From Octopus vulgaris (Eukaryota): a stretch of 64,000 nt of DNA. The translations under genes were made by a program, and so were the position numbers. The notes below the pieces were generated by a model. That model was not told the DNA's origin, searched no databases, and saw only the letters and a program-made list of their open reading frames with translations. The stretch spans positions 5,146,001-5,210,000 of the forward strand of contig OX597825.1 of assembly GCA_951406725.2 (NCBI GenBank), read 5' to 3'. Below, one piece after another: positions 26,800 to 40,082 of this stretch; position 1 is the first letter of the stretch; each line of letters starts with the position of its first letter.

Positions 26800-27745
26800 A
26801 AAGTGATGTGCGCTGTTTCTTTCGGCTGTCTTCGTTTGGATATGAAATCCTGTCTAGGTTATTTTTGCTTTTTATCCGTCTGTGGTCGATGAAATAAAGT
26901 ATCGATTAATAGCCGATCAGAGTAATTGCTTTGCGTTATTTCTTCGTGTTAATTACTTTCCGGGTCAAATTCTACCGCGGTTATGTTTACCATTCACTGC
27001 TGCCGGATCAATGAAATACACCAACGGTGAGTTACGGGGGTCAATGTAATCGATTAAGTCAGACTTTTCCAGTTTTTTTTAGCCTAGTGATTTTAATCGT
27101 TGGCTCGATGTACATAATGCTTCGCAGCATCTCGGTCACCTCTACGTACTGAGTTCAAATTCCGCCGAGGGCGAATTTGTCTTTCATTCTTTCGGTTTCG
27201 ATAAAGCAGTAACCATTCCCCCAAAATTTCAGGCCTTGTAGTTATAATAGAAAGGAGTATTAAATTTTGGCCGGTTTTTTTTTTTCTTTCTGGGTTCCAA
27301 TCCTACTGAAGATATCTTTGCCTCCTGGGATCGATAAAAATAAATTACAGTCCAGTAATGGTATAAATTTTTATGTTTATTGATGTAAACGGAATTACAA
27401 TCGGAGAGGAAAGCCTGACTTGAACGATATATTTAATCTACTTTTAAGCTATATACCTTATGAAGTGTCTTTAATATCATTACATCATAATGGCTGCGAG
27501 TTGGCAGCCTTCATGAGCAAAATGCTTAGCAAAAGGCTTAGCAAAATACAAAATGCTTAGCCAAATACGTAGCAGCATTTCGGTAGTCTTTACATTCTGG
27601 GTTCAAATTCCGCCCAGGTCGACTTTGCCTTTCATCCTTTCGTGGTCGATCAAATAAGTTCCAGTTGAACACCGGGGTTGATGTAATCGACTTATCACTT
27701 CCCTCGAAATTACTGGCCTTCTGCAAAGATATGAACCCAATATCA
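26800..27745 (+). mobile_element. Cluster of decayed SINE family B copies
   Basis: Repeated '(g)ttcaaattcc/t...gtcgactttgcctttcatcc...tcgat.aaata' at ~26850, 26965, 27150, 27295 and 27600. Confidence 0.7.
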
Positions 27746-28000
27746 TTACTTTAAAAGAGTGGTTCTCAATATTTGTTTTCTTCTTTGCGGCACATCGGAG
27801 AAAAAATACAGAATAACAGGTGCACAGAAGTCGAATGGGAGTTTTCCGATAATCTATTCTGACACAGAGGTTCCAGTGTACTTTACTCGCTTCTGTAAGG
27901 ATATTTAAGAAACGCGATTCTGATTCAAACTGTTAATAGAAATACACGCCTTGGAGCTCATTAATTCCGCCTCTTTCTCACCAGCCAATCAACCAGCCGT

Positions 28001-28183
28001 ACATACATACATACATACATACACACATACATACATACATACATACATACACACATACATACATACATACATACATACATACATACATACATACATACAT
28101 ACATACATACATACATACACACATACATACATACATACACACATACATACACACATACATACATACATACATACATACATACA

Positions 28184-28217
<34 letters not shown>

Positions 28218-28607
28218 CACACATACATACATACATGCATACACACATACATATATACACACATACATACATACATGCATACACACATACATACATACAT
28301 ACATACACATACATACATACACACATACATACATACATACACACATACATACACACACACATACATACATACATACATACATACATACATACATACATAC
28401 ATACATACACACATACATACATACATACACACATACATACATACACACATACATATATACATACATACATACATACATACACACACACATACATACATAC
28501 ATACATACATACATACATACATACACACATACATACATACACACATACATACATACACACATACATATATACACACATACATACACACACACATACATAC
28601 ATACATA
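28001..28607. repeat. (ACAT)n/(ACAC) microsatellite, ~600 bp
   Basis: Direct reading. Confidence 0.95.
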
Positions 28608-29057
28608 TTGTACTTATGGTTCGTTCTAGAAATTTTCCTTTCACTCTCATAGTTTGTTCCTTTTAGCGTTCGGACTTTCTCTTGTTTTTCTTTTTTTTCT
28701 TTTTTTTTCTTTGTACATGTCACATGTTTACTTCCTCGTGCTCGTCTTTCATGTTCTCACACATATACACCAACAGCTATTGTTCCTGACACCACCAGAT
28801 TGGAGAAAACTATCATGGGTATCGAAACTGTGGTGACTTTTAGTCGATAGCTGATGAGGGTCGAACATGTTCCCATCTACTGTGTGTTTTTCCTTGTTTT
28901 CCATTTGATTCTTTGTGGTCTTCCTGTGCCGTATTATAATTTTGACACACAGACACAAACGTAAAATTTTAGTTACACAAACGGAAAAATTGATCTAAAT
29001 AAATGCCAATACATGGTAGTCTCACCCTTTGCGTTGCTGTCTAACGACTAACGAGCA

Positions 29058-29141
<84 letters not shown>

Positions 29142-29793
29142 CATATACACAAACTCAGGCATACGTATATGAGTAAATATGTTTAGATCTTATTTGATTT
29201 GAGCAGATATTGCAGAATATCACAAGGAGATATTAAATGAACTGTTACTTAAGACAAAATCGTATTTATCAGATATTATTGTTTAATAGTTATTCGGTTT
29301 CAGAAATATCACAGAATGATTCAATGCTTAGGAAAAAAACCAAAAAGATATTCCAACAAATAAGTACATTAATAAGCTGATAAACCTAAAGTACCTCAGA
29401 CTTTCTTGGAGATTTCTTTAGAATTCTTTTGATAGATTTAATCTAAAGTTAGAGAATCTTCAAAGAAAGATATCTCCACATTTGGTTATCGTGATAGTGG
29501 AATCGGTAACCAGTTTTTAAGCACTTTAGTAAATTTTACGTTGCGTAGGAAAGAGGAGTGCCTATGTGTGTTAAGCTGGCTATACATCTATGTGTGCGTG
29601 TATATGTATTTATATATGTAAGTATATGCTTGTATACATATATATGTAATGTTTTAGAGATTATTGTGTGCAGGCGTACCATACGTATGTATATGTATGT
29701 TTATATATGTATGTATATGTGTATATATATGTATGTATACGCGTGTATGGATATGTATGTGTATGTATGTATATTTATATATATGTTATGTAA

Positions 29794-29870
<77 letters not shown>

Positions 29871-30140
29871 ATATATATATACGCATAAAAATATACTCAT
29901 AGATATCTTTTATCTTTTACGTTTTGTTGCTTCCGCCATTAATTGCGGGCGGCCATGCTAAAGCTCCGCCTTGGAAAATTTTAACCAAACGAATCGACCC
30001 CACTGCTATTTTACAACCCTGGTACTTATTCTATCGGTCTCGTTCGCCTAACCTCTAAGTTGCGGGGACATAAACACACCAACACCGCTGAATGGCGGAG
30101 AACATACAGACACACACATACGCACACACGCATATATATA

Positions 30141-30507
30141 TCGTGGCTACTATTCTAAACTGTCGTATGTCCAAATTTGGCCTAATTTCGCGGTTTTATT
30201 TTTTCAATCTTAGCCGGTTCTTTTGGTCAAACTATCGTATCTCCAGCTGCTTCAGATACCAAAATATGAAAATTGTCAAAGTGTATTACAATGGTTTAGC
30301 ATTTTTCAAACGTGTAGTAAGTCCCACATACCACACTTTTGCAAAAATATTTCTTACCAAAAATATCATACATGGATTTAGGATTTTATGAACCCAACAA
30401 AGTATTACTGTAAAGCTGCAACTAGAAATGGAATGGTGAACCTATTTTTTACTTTTTTTTAAAAACAACGTTTTGGACTTACGACACTTTTACATAATAG
30501 CAACGAC
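30141..30507. mobile_element. Non-autonomous DNA transposon (MITE) with ~35 bp imperfect TIRs, in TA context
   Basis: Left end tcgtggctactattctaaactgtcgtatgtccaaa; right end reverse complement tcgttgctattatgtaaaagtgtcgtaagtccaaa. A further TIR copy lies at 30777-30817. Confidence 0.65.
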
Positions 30508-30525
30508 ATATATATATATATATAT

Positions 30526-30730
30526 CAAAATGTGACCGCGTGTGTACCGTTGGCGATTTTTTCCCTCTGTCTTCCCTTCTCTGGATCTTTCCTTCTCCTA
30601 TGTTTCCTATGAAGATCTCCGCTCGAAACGTTAAACCCTCCTTCTTTCCTGAGCGTCCAATAATACTGTATTTGTTCCACGTTCTCGCGTTGTTGTGTTT
30701 TTTTTTTTGTGCTTTCTTGTTTGGATTAAC

Positions 30731-30737
<7 letters not shown>
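30526..30737 (+). mobile_element. ~210 bp interspersed element with a decayed minimal hammerhead motif (30602-30636), inserted in (TA)n
   Basis: Close inverted copy at 60820-61025. Motif GTTT-CCTATGA-A-GATCtccGCTC-GAAACGTT-AAAC. Confidence 0.75.
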
Positions 30738-30779
<42 letters not shown>

Positions 30780-30959
30780 TTGCTATTATGCAAAAGTATC
30801 GTAAGTCCAAAACGTTGCTTTATGTCATATATATATAATAATGCGTGCGTATGTGTATATATTCTATATTTGTGTTTGTATATGTAATAATTTATATGAA
30901 AAGTGTTGCTAAACGTGTCTTATTGAGTACCAGTTTGATGTTCTATTACTGGAAATCGA

Positions 30960-31015
<56 letters not shown>

Positions 31016-31361
31016 TTAATTTTATCAGACGAGAAGACCAGTGCCGACAACTATTGTGGCACCTCCTAGATTGATGAAATTTAGGCTGTATAATGCTTCA
31101 CTGAAACGCACTGTCTTTACCTCTTCCGAAATCTAGGATTATTGCTCTGCCGAAATAAAATTCCTTCTGCGATAGAATAAAACTTTCTCATTTAAGAAAT
31201 GTTGCAATAAATGTTATTAATAAAATCAAATGGTTTCCATACTAAATAATTTCTCTGCTTGTTTTATTCAATTTACAATCATACGAGGACTGATAGAATT
31301 TTTATATTCTAGGAAAGTATAAAAATATATACTCAGTCTCATTCTTATGTGTGTATATATG

Positions 31362-31410
<49 letters not shown>

Positions 31411-31424
31411 ATGCATGTGTATGC

Positions 31425-31517
<93 letters not shown>

Positions 31518-31775
31518 CATATATATATACATACATACATATATATATATATACATATATATACATGTAACTTTTTCAATGCATTTATTTCTATTTGTGG
31601 AATATGAAGGCGATTAAAGTGCAATTTGCCTGATATGTTTCGAGATAATTCTATTTGACGCAAAGTTTCGCCGGGTTATTTTTCAAAATTTTGGTGTTAA
31701 ACGTCTTATGGCATTACTTTCAGATGTCTTTGTGTATCATGCAGTGGAGGCTCATGTATAGTTACTGAGGAGCTG

Positions 31776-31789
31776 TAGCGCCCCCTACT
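31776..31789 (-). promoter_or_regulatory. CTCF-like motif AGTAGGGGGCGCTA
   Basis: Matches the 3' core of the bilaterian CTCF consensus (CCASYAGRKGGCRS) in otherwise AT-rich DNA; the 5' CC is missing. Motif evidence only. Confidence 0.35.
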
Positions 31790-32443
31790 TCCACTCGATA
31801 TTATCGATAACATTCAGTATAATGAGTCCTTTTTTTCTTTAATTCTTTCGTTATACTTGTACATTATATAGTCTTTAGGCCTAACGTCAGTAGCCATCCC
31901 TAGTTTATGAAAAAAATACAAAAAATCATTATATAGAACTGTACGCTTCACAGTACCAGCGACGCGGTGTTTGTCTGTTGTGCGCATGCTCATATGTGCG
32001 AGATAGAAAGTTTCACATTAGGGTGAGAACAACAGGGTCGGGTTAAAGGTAATGTTTCTTTTTAACGCCGCGGGTGTTGTGCTTCAAACATGTTTATATT
32101 CTTGAATGTGATAAAGTATAGAATTATATTATTATCCTGCTTCCAGCTTAAGCATTGCTGCCACGATTTGAAAAATGGGGCACATTTCCACCAAATTATT
32201 TCGTGATTTAGTGGGGATTTTTGAAAAACAAGGGGTAATTCGCGATGGGGTTCAGTGAACAAATTAAACACACTCCCTGGCAGTGGCCAAACCGCGAACC
32301 AATCACGTTTATGTATAATTTTTCGTTTTGTATGTTTGTTTTCCTTTTACACAATATTAAAACAACGGCTGAAAATTTGCTGAAGCTGCACCTCAACCAA
32401 TTTGGTAGCAAGAAGCATTTTTCTGTCCTATCTCTTCTTTAAA

Positions 32444-32925
32444 GGAAAAGCAATGGAAAATTCCAGCTAAGTCCCAAGTATTTACTCACAAACAACTTTT
32501 ATTTCATGTCTGACACGTATTCAATGTGGCTACCACCTGCAGCACGAGCAACATCAATGCGATAAGAGTTATCCTCCCTTGCTCTTTGTGCTCGGCCTGC
32601 GATATCCTCAGACCACACCATGTGAGATTTTTTCTTGTGGTTATATGTAAATGTTCGCGTTTACTGTTCCACAGCTTAAACATCAAATAACAATAGTGAT
32701 CAACTGAGCGGATCGTGATATGCTGGTACGCGTCTGCGAGGAATTCTGTTATCGCACTGATGTTGCCCGTGCTGCAGGTGGTGGCCACATGGAACTCTTG
32801 TAAAACAGGAAATAAAAGTTGATTGTGAGTAAATACTTGTGACTTAGCTGGAGTTTTCTATTGCTTTCCCTTATTAAAATATTGCGTAATGAAATCGCTT
32901 CATTCTTTCTCAATAACCCTCTGTA
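32444..32925 (+). mobile_element. Tc1/mariner (rosa/DD41D-like) 3' remnant with long (~125 bp) inverted arms
   Basis: Decayed 'SSDHTPCEIFL' (SPDLTPCDFFLWG-like), then DMLVRVCEEFCYRTDVARAAGGGHMELL* (stop at ~32803). Arms at 32444-32568 and 32746-32870; right end ...caataaccctctgTA. Confidence 0.75.
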
Positions 32926-32963
32926 TGTGTGTGTGTGTGTGCGTGTATGTGTGTGTGTGTGTA

Positions 32964-33013
<50 letters not shown>

Positions 33014-33109
33014 GTGTTTGTGTTTATGTCCCACGCATCATCGCTTGAAAACCGATGTTGGTGTGTTTTCGTCTCCGTAATCTATGAACGTTTCTACTGC
33101 CCCTGCCAT

Positions 33110-33457
33110 GCTACGACTACAACTACAACTACAACTACCACTACAACTACCACTACAACTACCACTACAACTACTACAACTACTGCCGCTACTGTTACCA
33201 TTGCTGCTGCTCTTCTTACTCCTCGCTCCTTCACTACGATTGTTGCTGCATATTTTCTTCATCTATCACAACCGTAAAAACATCCCACACATAGTACTTC
33301 CATTTCTCTTAGGTACTACTACTACTACTGATGCTACCATCTCCACCACCACCACCACTACTACTGCTACTACTACTATTACTGATACTACCATCTCCAC
33401 CACCACCACCACCACTACTACTACTACTATTACTGATACTACCACCACCACCACTAA

Positions 33458-33488
<31 letters not shown>

Positions 33489-33511
33489 GATGCTACCACC
33501 ACCACCACTAA

Positions 33512-33545
<34 letters not shown>

Positions 33546-33676
33546 GATGCTACCACCACCACCACTAACACTACTACTACTACTACTACTATTACTATTA
33601 CTGATACTACCACCACCACTAACACTACTACTACTACTACTACTATTACTATTACTGATGCTACCTCCACCACTAA

Positions 33677-33720
<44 letters not shown>

Positions 33721-33748
33721 TTACTGATACTACCACCACCACCACTAA

Positions 33749-33782
<34 letters not shown>

Positions 33783-34070
33783 GATGCTACCATTTCCACC
33801 ACCACCACCACTACTACTACTACTATTACTGATACTACCACCACCACCACTAACACTACTACTACTACTACTACTACTAATACTGATGCTACCACCACCA
33901 CCACCACCATACTACTAAGACTATTTCTGCTAGTATTATTATCACTACCTGTACTGCTACTATTACTACTACTGCTACTACTACTACTACTACCGCTACC
34001 ACTACTGGCACTAGTACCACTACTACTACACCTGCTATGATTGCTGCTGCTGCTGCTGCTGCTGCTGTTA
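33110..34070. repeat. (ACT)n/(ACC)n higher-order trinucleotide repeat array
   Basis: Units such as actgatgctaccaccaccaccactaacactactact recur more than ten times between 33313 and 33910. Confidence 0.9.
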
Positions 34071-34484
34071 CCACTGCAGATTCCAGCGCCACCTCCTCCA
34101 GCGCCATCAATAAATAATAACAGAACCTCGACTCCTCTTGATTCTTTTATTCTCACCGTTCTTCGTCTTCTCATATTAGATCTCTCATCCCTTTAAAACA
34201 CCTTCCTCTCTCTCCCCTCTCCCCCCTCTCTCTCTCTCTCTCTCTCTCAGTTCCTCTTTTCATCTTTCAACTTCTCCCCGCTTCTTTCTTTTTCTTGTTC
34301 CTTCTTTCAACTTCTTATGTTCTTTTATTATTCCGGGGCAGTTTGCCAAAATAAGACACGTAATCCTACAGATCCATCAACTTTGTGATACAAGCACACA
34401 GAACCATATACAAGCACTCCGTATACATAGGTATACTCTTCTAAGTGCGCAATAGACATCCTTTTTTTACATACGTATGTGCCT

Positions 34485-34519
<35 letters not shown>

Positions 34520-34926
34520 ATATATATATATTATTTTATCTGTACATAACAGCGTACATATAATGACACGTACATGCATACATACATACATAAACATACA
34601 TGCAAATGCATATATATATATATATATTTACACACATAACACGACATACACACTTACACGAATACATACATGCAAATGCATACACACATGAATACATACA
34701 CACATACATACATACATACATACATACATACATACATACATACATACATACATACATACATACATACATACATACCAACAAATTTGCGCAAAAACTTAGA
34801 AATTCTTGTTGTTTGTATTTAGGAATGGTCATTTTGCGTTCAGCCAATAAAAACACACGCACTATATATTTGGCGTTAATTTGCTTCAGCTTTATTTATT
34901 TTTTACATTACTCTTAATCTTATTTC

Positions 34927-34971
34927 GGCCAGAGTTCTTTCATCACACTCCTGTGACCTCATCAGTGGTCC
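34927..34971 (-). ncRNA. Candidate type I hammerhead ribozyme
   Basis: Minus strand GGACCA-CTGATGA-G-GTCAC-aggagt-GTGAT-GAAAG-aa-CTC-TGGCC: intact core, 5 bp stem II, CUC triplet, stem I with one mismatch. Confidence 0.55.
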
Positions 34972-35394
34972 TTTGCCTTCTTCTTTCTTATTTTTGTGTC
35001 TCTCCTTACTAACGGTCAGCCATTTTGAAATTGAGGAATTCTTGGTTTCAAGCAAAATGAGGAAAAGAAACTGAAGGGAATTAAAATCTTAAATACTGAA
35101 TATGTTTCGTGAACACACTTGCATCTTTTGGACGTTATAGTTAGATAGATTTTTGTTTATTCAAATTATATATTACTGTTTTATTTTAAAAGTTAGTATT
35201 AGACAGCTAACTTTAGGCATATTGTGTTGGAATGTCCTATAATTATGTCCTAGATGGAGATGTAATCTAACAAAAAGGAGAAATATTTTCCAGTTGAGGC
35301 ACAGACAATGATGGCATATATCTCAATAAACCAGATGCACTGAGTTTGGCGTTTTCTCTGAAGCTGCGCAATTTTGTGATATTTAGTAGTTTCT

Positions 35395-35636
35395 TTAACC
35401 CTTCAGCATTCAGATTATCAAATGTAAATGCTTATTATTCCCATTGTTTCGAATTTCTTGTGCATTATCTTGTTGTGTTGAGATTTCAATGACGTCATTG
35501 TTTTTTTCATTCTAAAAATAAGCAATTTAGAATGGCATAGCAGTGTAGGGGAGAGGGCTCATATCTTGCTGGCTTGAACATAAAACAGGTGGAGTATTTC
35601 GGCCTGTTATGGCCGGTTTAAATGCGAAAGGGTTAA
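35395..35636. mobile_element. piggyBac-like MITE (TTAA-CCCTT...AAGGG-TTAA)
   Basis: TTAA at both ends; TIR cccttcagcatt / aatgcgaaaggg; partial second copy at ~50665-50795. Confidence 0.7.
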
Positions 35637-35924
35637 GACTATCGGATGCAAATACATTATCTTATCTGTTTGGTGCTATAATTAGTGAAAGTTAATCGTA
35701 AATACAGGCGCGTGTCATAATGGTTAGAGAGCTGAGCTCGCGATCGTTAAGCCAATGTCTGCGATTCGTAGGCCAGGCAGGGCCTTGCGTCCTTGAACAA
35801 GTCACTTTGTTTCACGTCGAGCTTGTTTCCTCAATTAAAAATTAGTTGCAGCCGATTATAGTTCAACCCTCAATTACTCCACTTGTCACAGCCGAAATTT
35901 GTTGATGTTAAAATATTGATTTTT

Positions 35925-36507
35925 CAAACGTTGGGACAAGGCTAACAATTTCTGGGGAGTGGCTAAATCGATTACATCGATCTCGAAAGGTTGAAAGGCA
36001 AAGTTAACCTCGCTGGAATTTGAACTCAGAACGTGAACACCGACGAAATGCCTATTTCTTTACCACCCACAAGGGGCTAAATACAGAAGGGACAAACAAG
36101 GACAGACAAACGGATTAAGTCGATTATATCGACCCCAGTGCGTAACTGGTACTTATTTAATCGACTCCGAAAGGATGAAAAGCAAAGTCGACCTCGGTGG
36201 AATTTGAACTCAGAACGTAGCGGTAGACGAAAAACCGCTAAGCATTTCGCCAGGCACGCAAACGTTTCTGCTAGCTCGCCACCTTATAGTCTTTTCTATT
36301 CTAGACACAAGGCCCGAAATTTTGGGGGAGGCGGGGCCTGTCGATTAGATAAAACTCAGTGCGCAACTGGTACTTAATTTATCGACCCTGAAAAGATGAA
36401 AGGCAAAGTGTCGACCTTGGCGGAATTTGAACTCAGAACGTAAAGACAGACGAAATACCGCTAAGCATTTCGCCCGGCCTGCTAACGTTTCTGCCAGCTC
36501 ACCGCCC
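35925..36507 (-). mobile_element. Three tandem SINE family B copies with different tails (35925-36052, 36053-36283, 36288-36507)
   Basis: Each contains gaaaggcaaagtcgacctcggcggaatttgaactcagaacg or a close variant. Confidence 0.9.
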
Positions 36508-37552
36508 TTATTACTTTTAAGATATTAGCTAAATATTACAGGGAGGAAGCTACTATTTTAATATCGCTACTTAGAGTAATTTGTTTAAGTTGAATAGCTT
36601 GACAACGAGTTTCCTGACTTATCCCGTTTCGCATTTTTGGAGTTTAATAATCTGACTTATGTCTTCCATCATTAATTGAATGGAATGTATTGGGAACGAA
36701 ATTTAGAATATGTGTGTCAATTAAATTTGAAATTACTGCAGTTTGAATAGCTCTCACGCCAGCATCGAGGAGTTAGAACTATATGACTTTCCTATACGCA
36801 ATTATTGAAGAAAAGACTCGATTTTGTACCATGGTTTATTACATGTGTGTCTAATGTATGTGACAATGGAGTGAAGTTAGACAAATTTTTGTAGTATTGC
36901 AATGACGATGTAATAAAGGAACTTTAAGTTGTAATGGGAATAGATTACATTCAGTTAATTATTAATATATGCATGTGCGTATTTGTGTGTGGATATTCAT
37001 GCGTGTATATATGTATGTATTTATGTATATGAATTAGTGCGTGTGTTCGTTCCTTGCCACTGTAACATCATTTCAAAAGAAGTAAAATAACAAAGCAATC
37101 GAAGGAGTGGGAGGGGAGGAATGGCTGGAGGAGGCGAACGGGAGGAGGAGGAGGAGAAGCTGTAGGAAAGAAAAAGATAAAATTAGCAAGAAAATAAAGA
37201 AAATAATCATCAGAAATGTTTCATAAAAAGGCGAAAACAATTATGTGAGAAGACAAAAAGATATATGTGTGCATGTATATACAGATAGATAGAGAGGTAG
37301 AAATAGAAAAGGAGAGAGAGAGAGAGAGAAAGAGAGAGAGCGATGGGTAGATAGATAGATAGATAGACAGATAGATAGATAGACAGACAGAGAGATAGAT
37401 AGAGAGGGAGAGGTAGGGAGGTAGGGAGGTAGGAAGGTAGGTAGATAGATAGAAAGAGAGAGAGAAATAGACAGATAGAGAGAGAGATAGGTAGATAGCT
37501 AGCTAGAGAGAGGGAGAGAGAGATAGAGAGAGGTAAGTAGATAGATATTGAG

Positions 37553-37587
<35 letters not shown>

Positions 37588-37605
37588 TAGATAGATAGAT
37601 AGATA

Positions 37606-37824
37606 TATTTCTTTATTGCCCACAAGATGCTAAACATAGAGGGGGCAGACAAAGGGATTAAGTCGATTACATCGACCCCAGTGCGTAACTGGTACTTAAT
37701 TTATCGACCCCCGAAAGGATGAAAGGCAAAGTCGACCTCGGCGGAATTTGAACTCACAACGTAACGGCAGACGAAATGTGGCTACGCATTTTGCCCAGCG
37801 TGCTAACGTTTCTGCCAGCTCGCC
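37606..37824 (-). mobile_element. Full-length SINE family B copy
   Basis: Reverse complement of 62607-62834. Confidence 0.9.
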
Positions 37825-37829
37825 GAGAC

Positions 37830-37860
<31 letters not shown>

Positions 37861-38105
37861 GATAAAGAGGGAGAGAGAGAAATTAAAGAAGGTACGAATC
37901 GAGAGAGATAAAACAATAAAGACGAAGAAGGAATCTATTTGTATGAAAAGCCAGAGTGAATTTGTTGGCCTCAACCCAAATTCAATTCACTTATAAAAGG
38001 TTACATTTTGGCTGGTTTTGTTTACAAACAAAAACTCTCCTAAGCGTGTGAACTAGTTGTCTGATAGTTTTCACGGTAATATTTTCACTTTAATATTCTC
38101 ATAAG

Positions 38106-38160
<55 letters not shown>

Positions 38161-38487
38161 ATCACGGGTTTTTTAAAGCGAAAATAGGTGGGAAGCCAGA
38201 TGAGAAGAATGGACGACGATAAGATCTGGGCGAGTAGAAAGAAGGAAACTACAAACGTACTCGCGTTTTTGATCGTACGAGAATACGAAACAATAAAAAT
38301 ATGACAAAACGCACATCTGCAAACAAATACAATTACGAATTTGCCCCACCGCCTCCACCCCCACCGCCAGTGTCAGGATTTGAAGTCCTAATTTCTCATG
38401 ACACACAAGGGTGTTAATTATGTAATAGTTCTCCCGTTTTGTTTACACCATGAATTAAGTAGCTCACATCTTTAATGGGGTACCATC

Positions 38488-38597
<110 letters not shown>

Positions 38598-39309
38598 TAT
38601 GTGAGTGTATGTGTGTGTGTGGTAATAAATATATTTATTCCGTCGTAACCGGGTCTTGTGAGCGAAATTAAGTCCACTAAAATCATATGCCATAATACAA
38701 ACGTACAACGTTGTCACAGTGTGTCACGCGGATTCCGGCTGCCTGAGATTTATGCTAAAGGTACACGTGGCTGCGTAAAAAAACAAAAAAAACAAATAAA
38801 ACCGCCCATTAAGCGCTCGTTCAATGAACTAAAGTGCTCCACTGATCGAATATCTGGTCAGAAATTCTGACCGAGAACCACATTCTTTAATTTATTTATA
38901 CACGAGTTTCGGCGGCCTTATGTATCAGTTTAGATGTTTACGAAACCATATTATGTAACTATTTCTAATACAGTCAAATGCCAGCAAATTTTGAGGAGAT
39001 GCGTTTTAAGGAGAGGCGTACTACCATCGAACCTAGTATATATAGTAGTAAATGGCTGCTACTAAATTTCTATCCACCCAGAATGGTTGAAATACAAAGT
39101 TAAGTTTGGTCGGATTTGAACCCAGAACTTTACAAGATGGTAGAAATGCCGGCAAGTATTATTCTGACGTATACATTCAATGTAGTCGACGTACACCTCC
39201 CCACGAAATTGCTTTGCCAAAATTTAAAACGAATAGGTTTTCAACGTTTAATATGGCGAGCTGACTGAATGCTTAGCGGCATTTCATCCGTTGCCTAAAC
39301 TTGATTTGA

Positions 39310-39545
39310 TGACGAACATCTGTTGTCACCTGTTGGGTGGATCCGACGATCACATGCGTCCTTGGTGAAGATCATCCAGCTGGCTTTCTTTCACAGGGAA
39401 GAACTGGAAGTCTTTATTTGTCTGGTGGACATGGGGAAATTGTTTATGGAGGTTGAAAATACATTCTTCTTTCTTTGGCCAATCGCTTGTCAACTTTTTG
39501 AAGAGAAACTTGAAAAAGATGAGGGTGGACAGGGAAGTGCAGAAC
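39310..39545 (+). mobile_element. Decayed L1/Tx1-type LINE C-terminal fragment
   Basis: EHLLSPVGWIRRSHASLVKI...FHREELEVFICLV resembles the translated remnant at 51555-52035. Confidence 0.5.
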
Positions 39546-39681
39546 AAAAAATACTTCATCTTTATTATCATCGTCATTTTTAGGGTTGAATTATTGCCGC
39601 TACGTCCAGCTAAATCTCCCCAAGGGTAAATGGTCACATATCGGAACCGCTCAGTATCATGCTTTTTGTTCGTTACGGTTG

Positions 39682-40082
39682 TATTCTTTCGTTTCTCACA
39701 AGGGGCTAAACACAGAGGGGACAAACAAGGACAGACAAACGGATTAAGTCGATTACATTGACCCCAGTGCGTAACTGGTACTTAATTTATCGACCCCGAA
39801 AGGATTAAAGGCAAAATCGACCTCGGCGGAATTTGAACTCAGAACGTAACGGCAGACATAATACCGCTAAGCATTGCGCCCGGCGTGCTAACGGTTCTGC
39901 CAGCTTGCCACCTTAATATAATATATATTTCTTTATTGCCCACAGGGGGTTAAACACACAGGAGACAAACAAGGACAGACAAAGAGACTAAATTGATTAC
40001 GTCGACCCCAGTGCGTCACTGGTACTTGTTTAATGGACCTCGAAAGGAGGAAAAGCAAAGTCCACTTCGGCGGAATTTGAAC
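39682..40082 (-). mobile_element. Two tandem SINE family B copies (39682-39912 full length, 39926-40082 5'-truncated)
   Basis: Same core and tail (agccccttgtgggcaataaagaaata) as 62607-62834. Confidence 0.9.
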
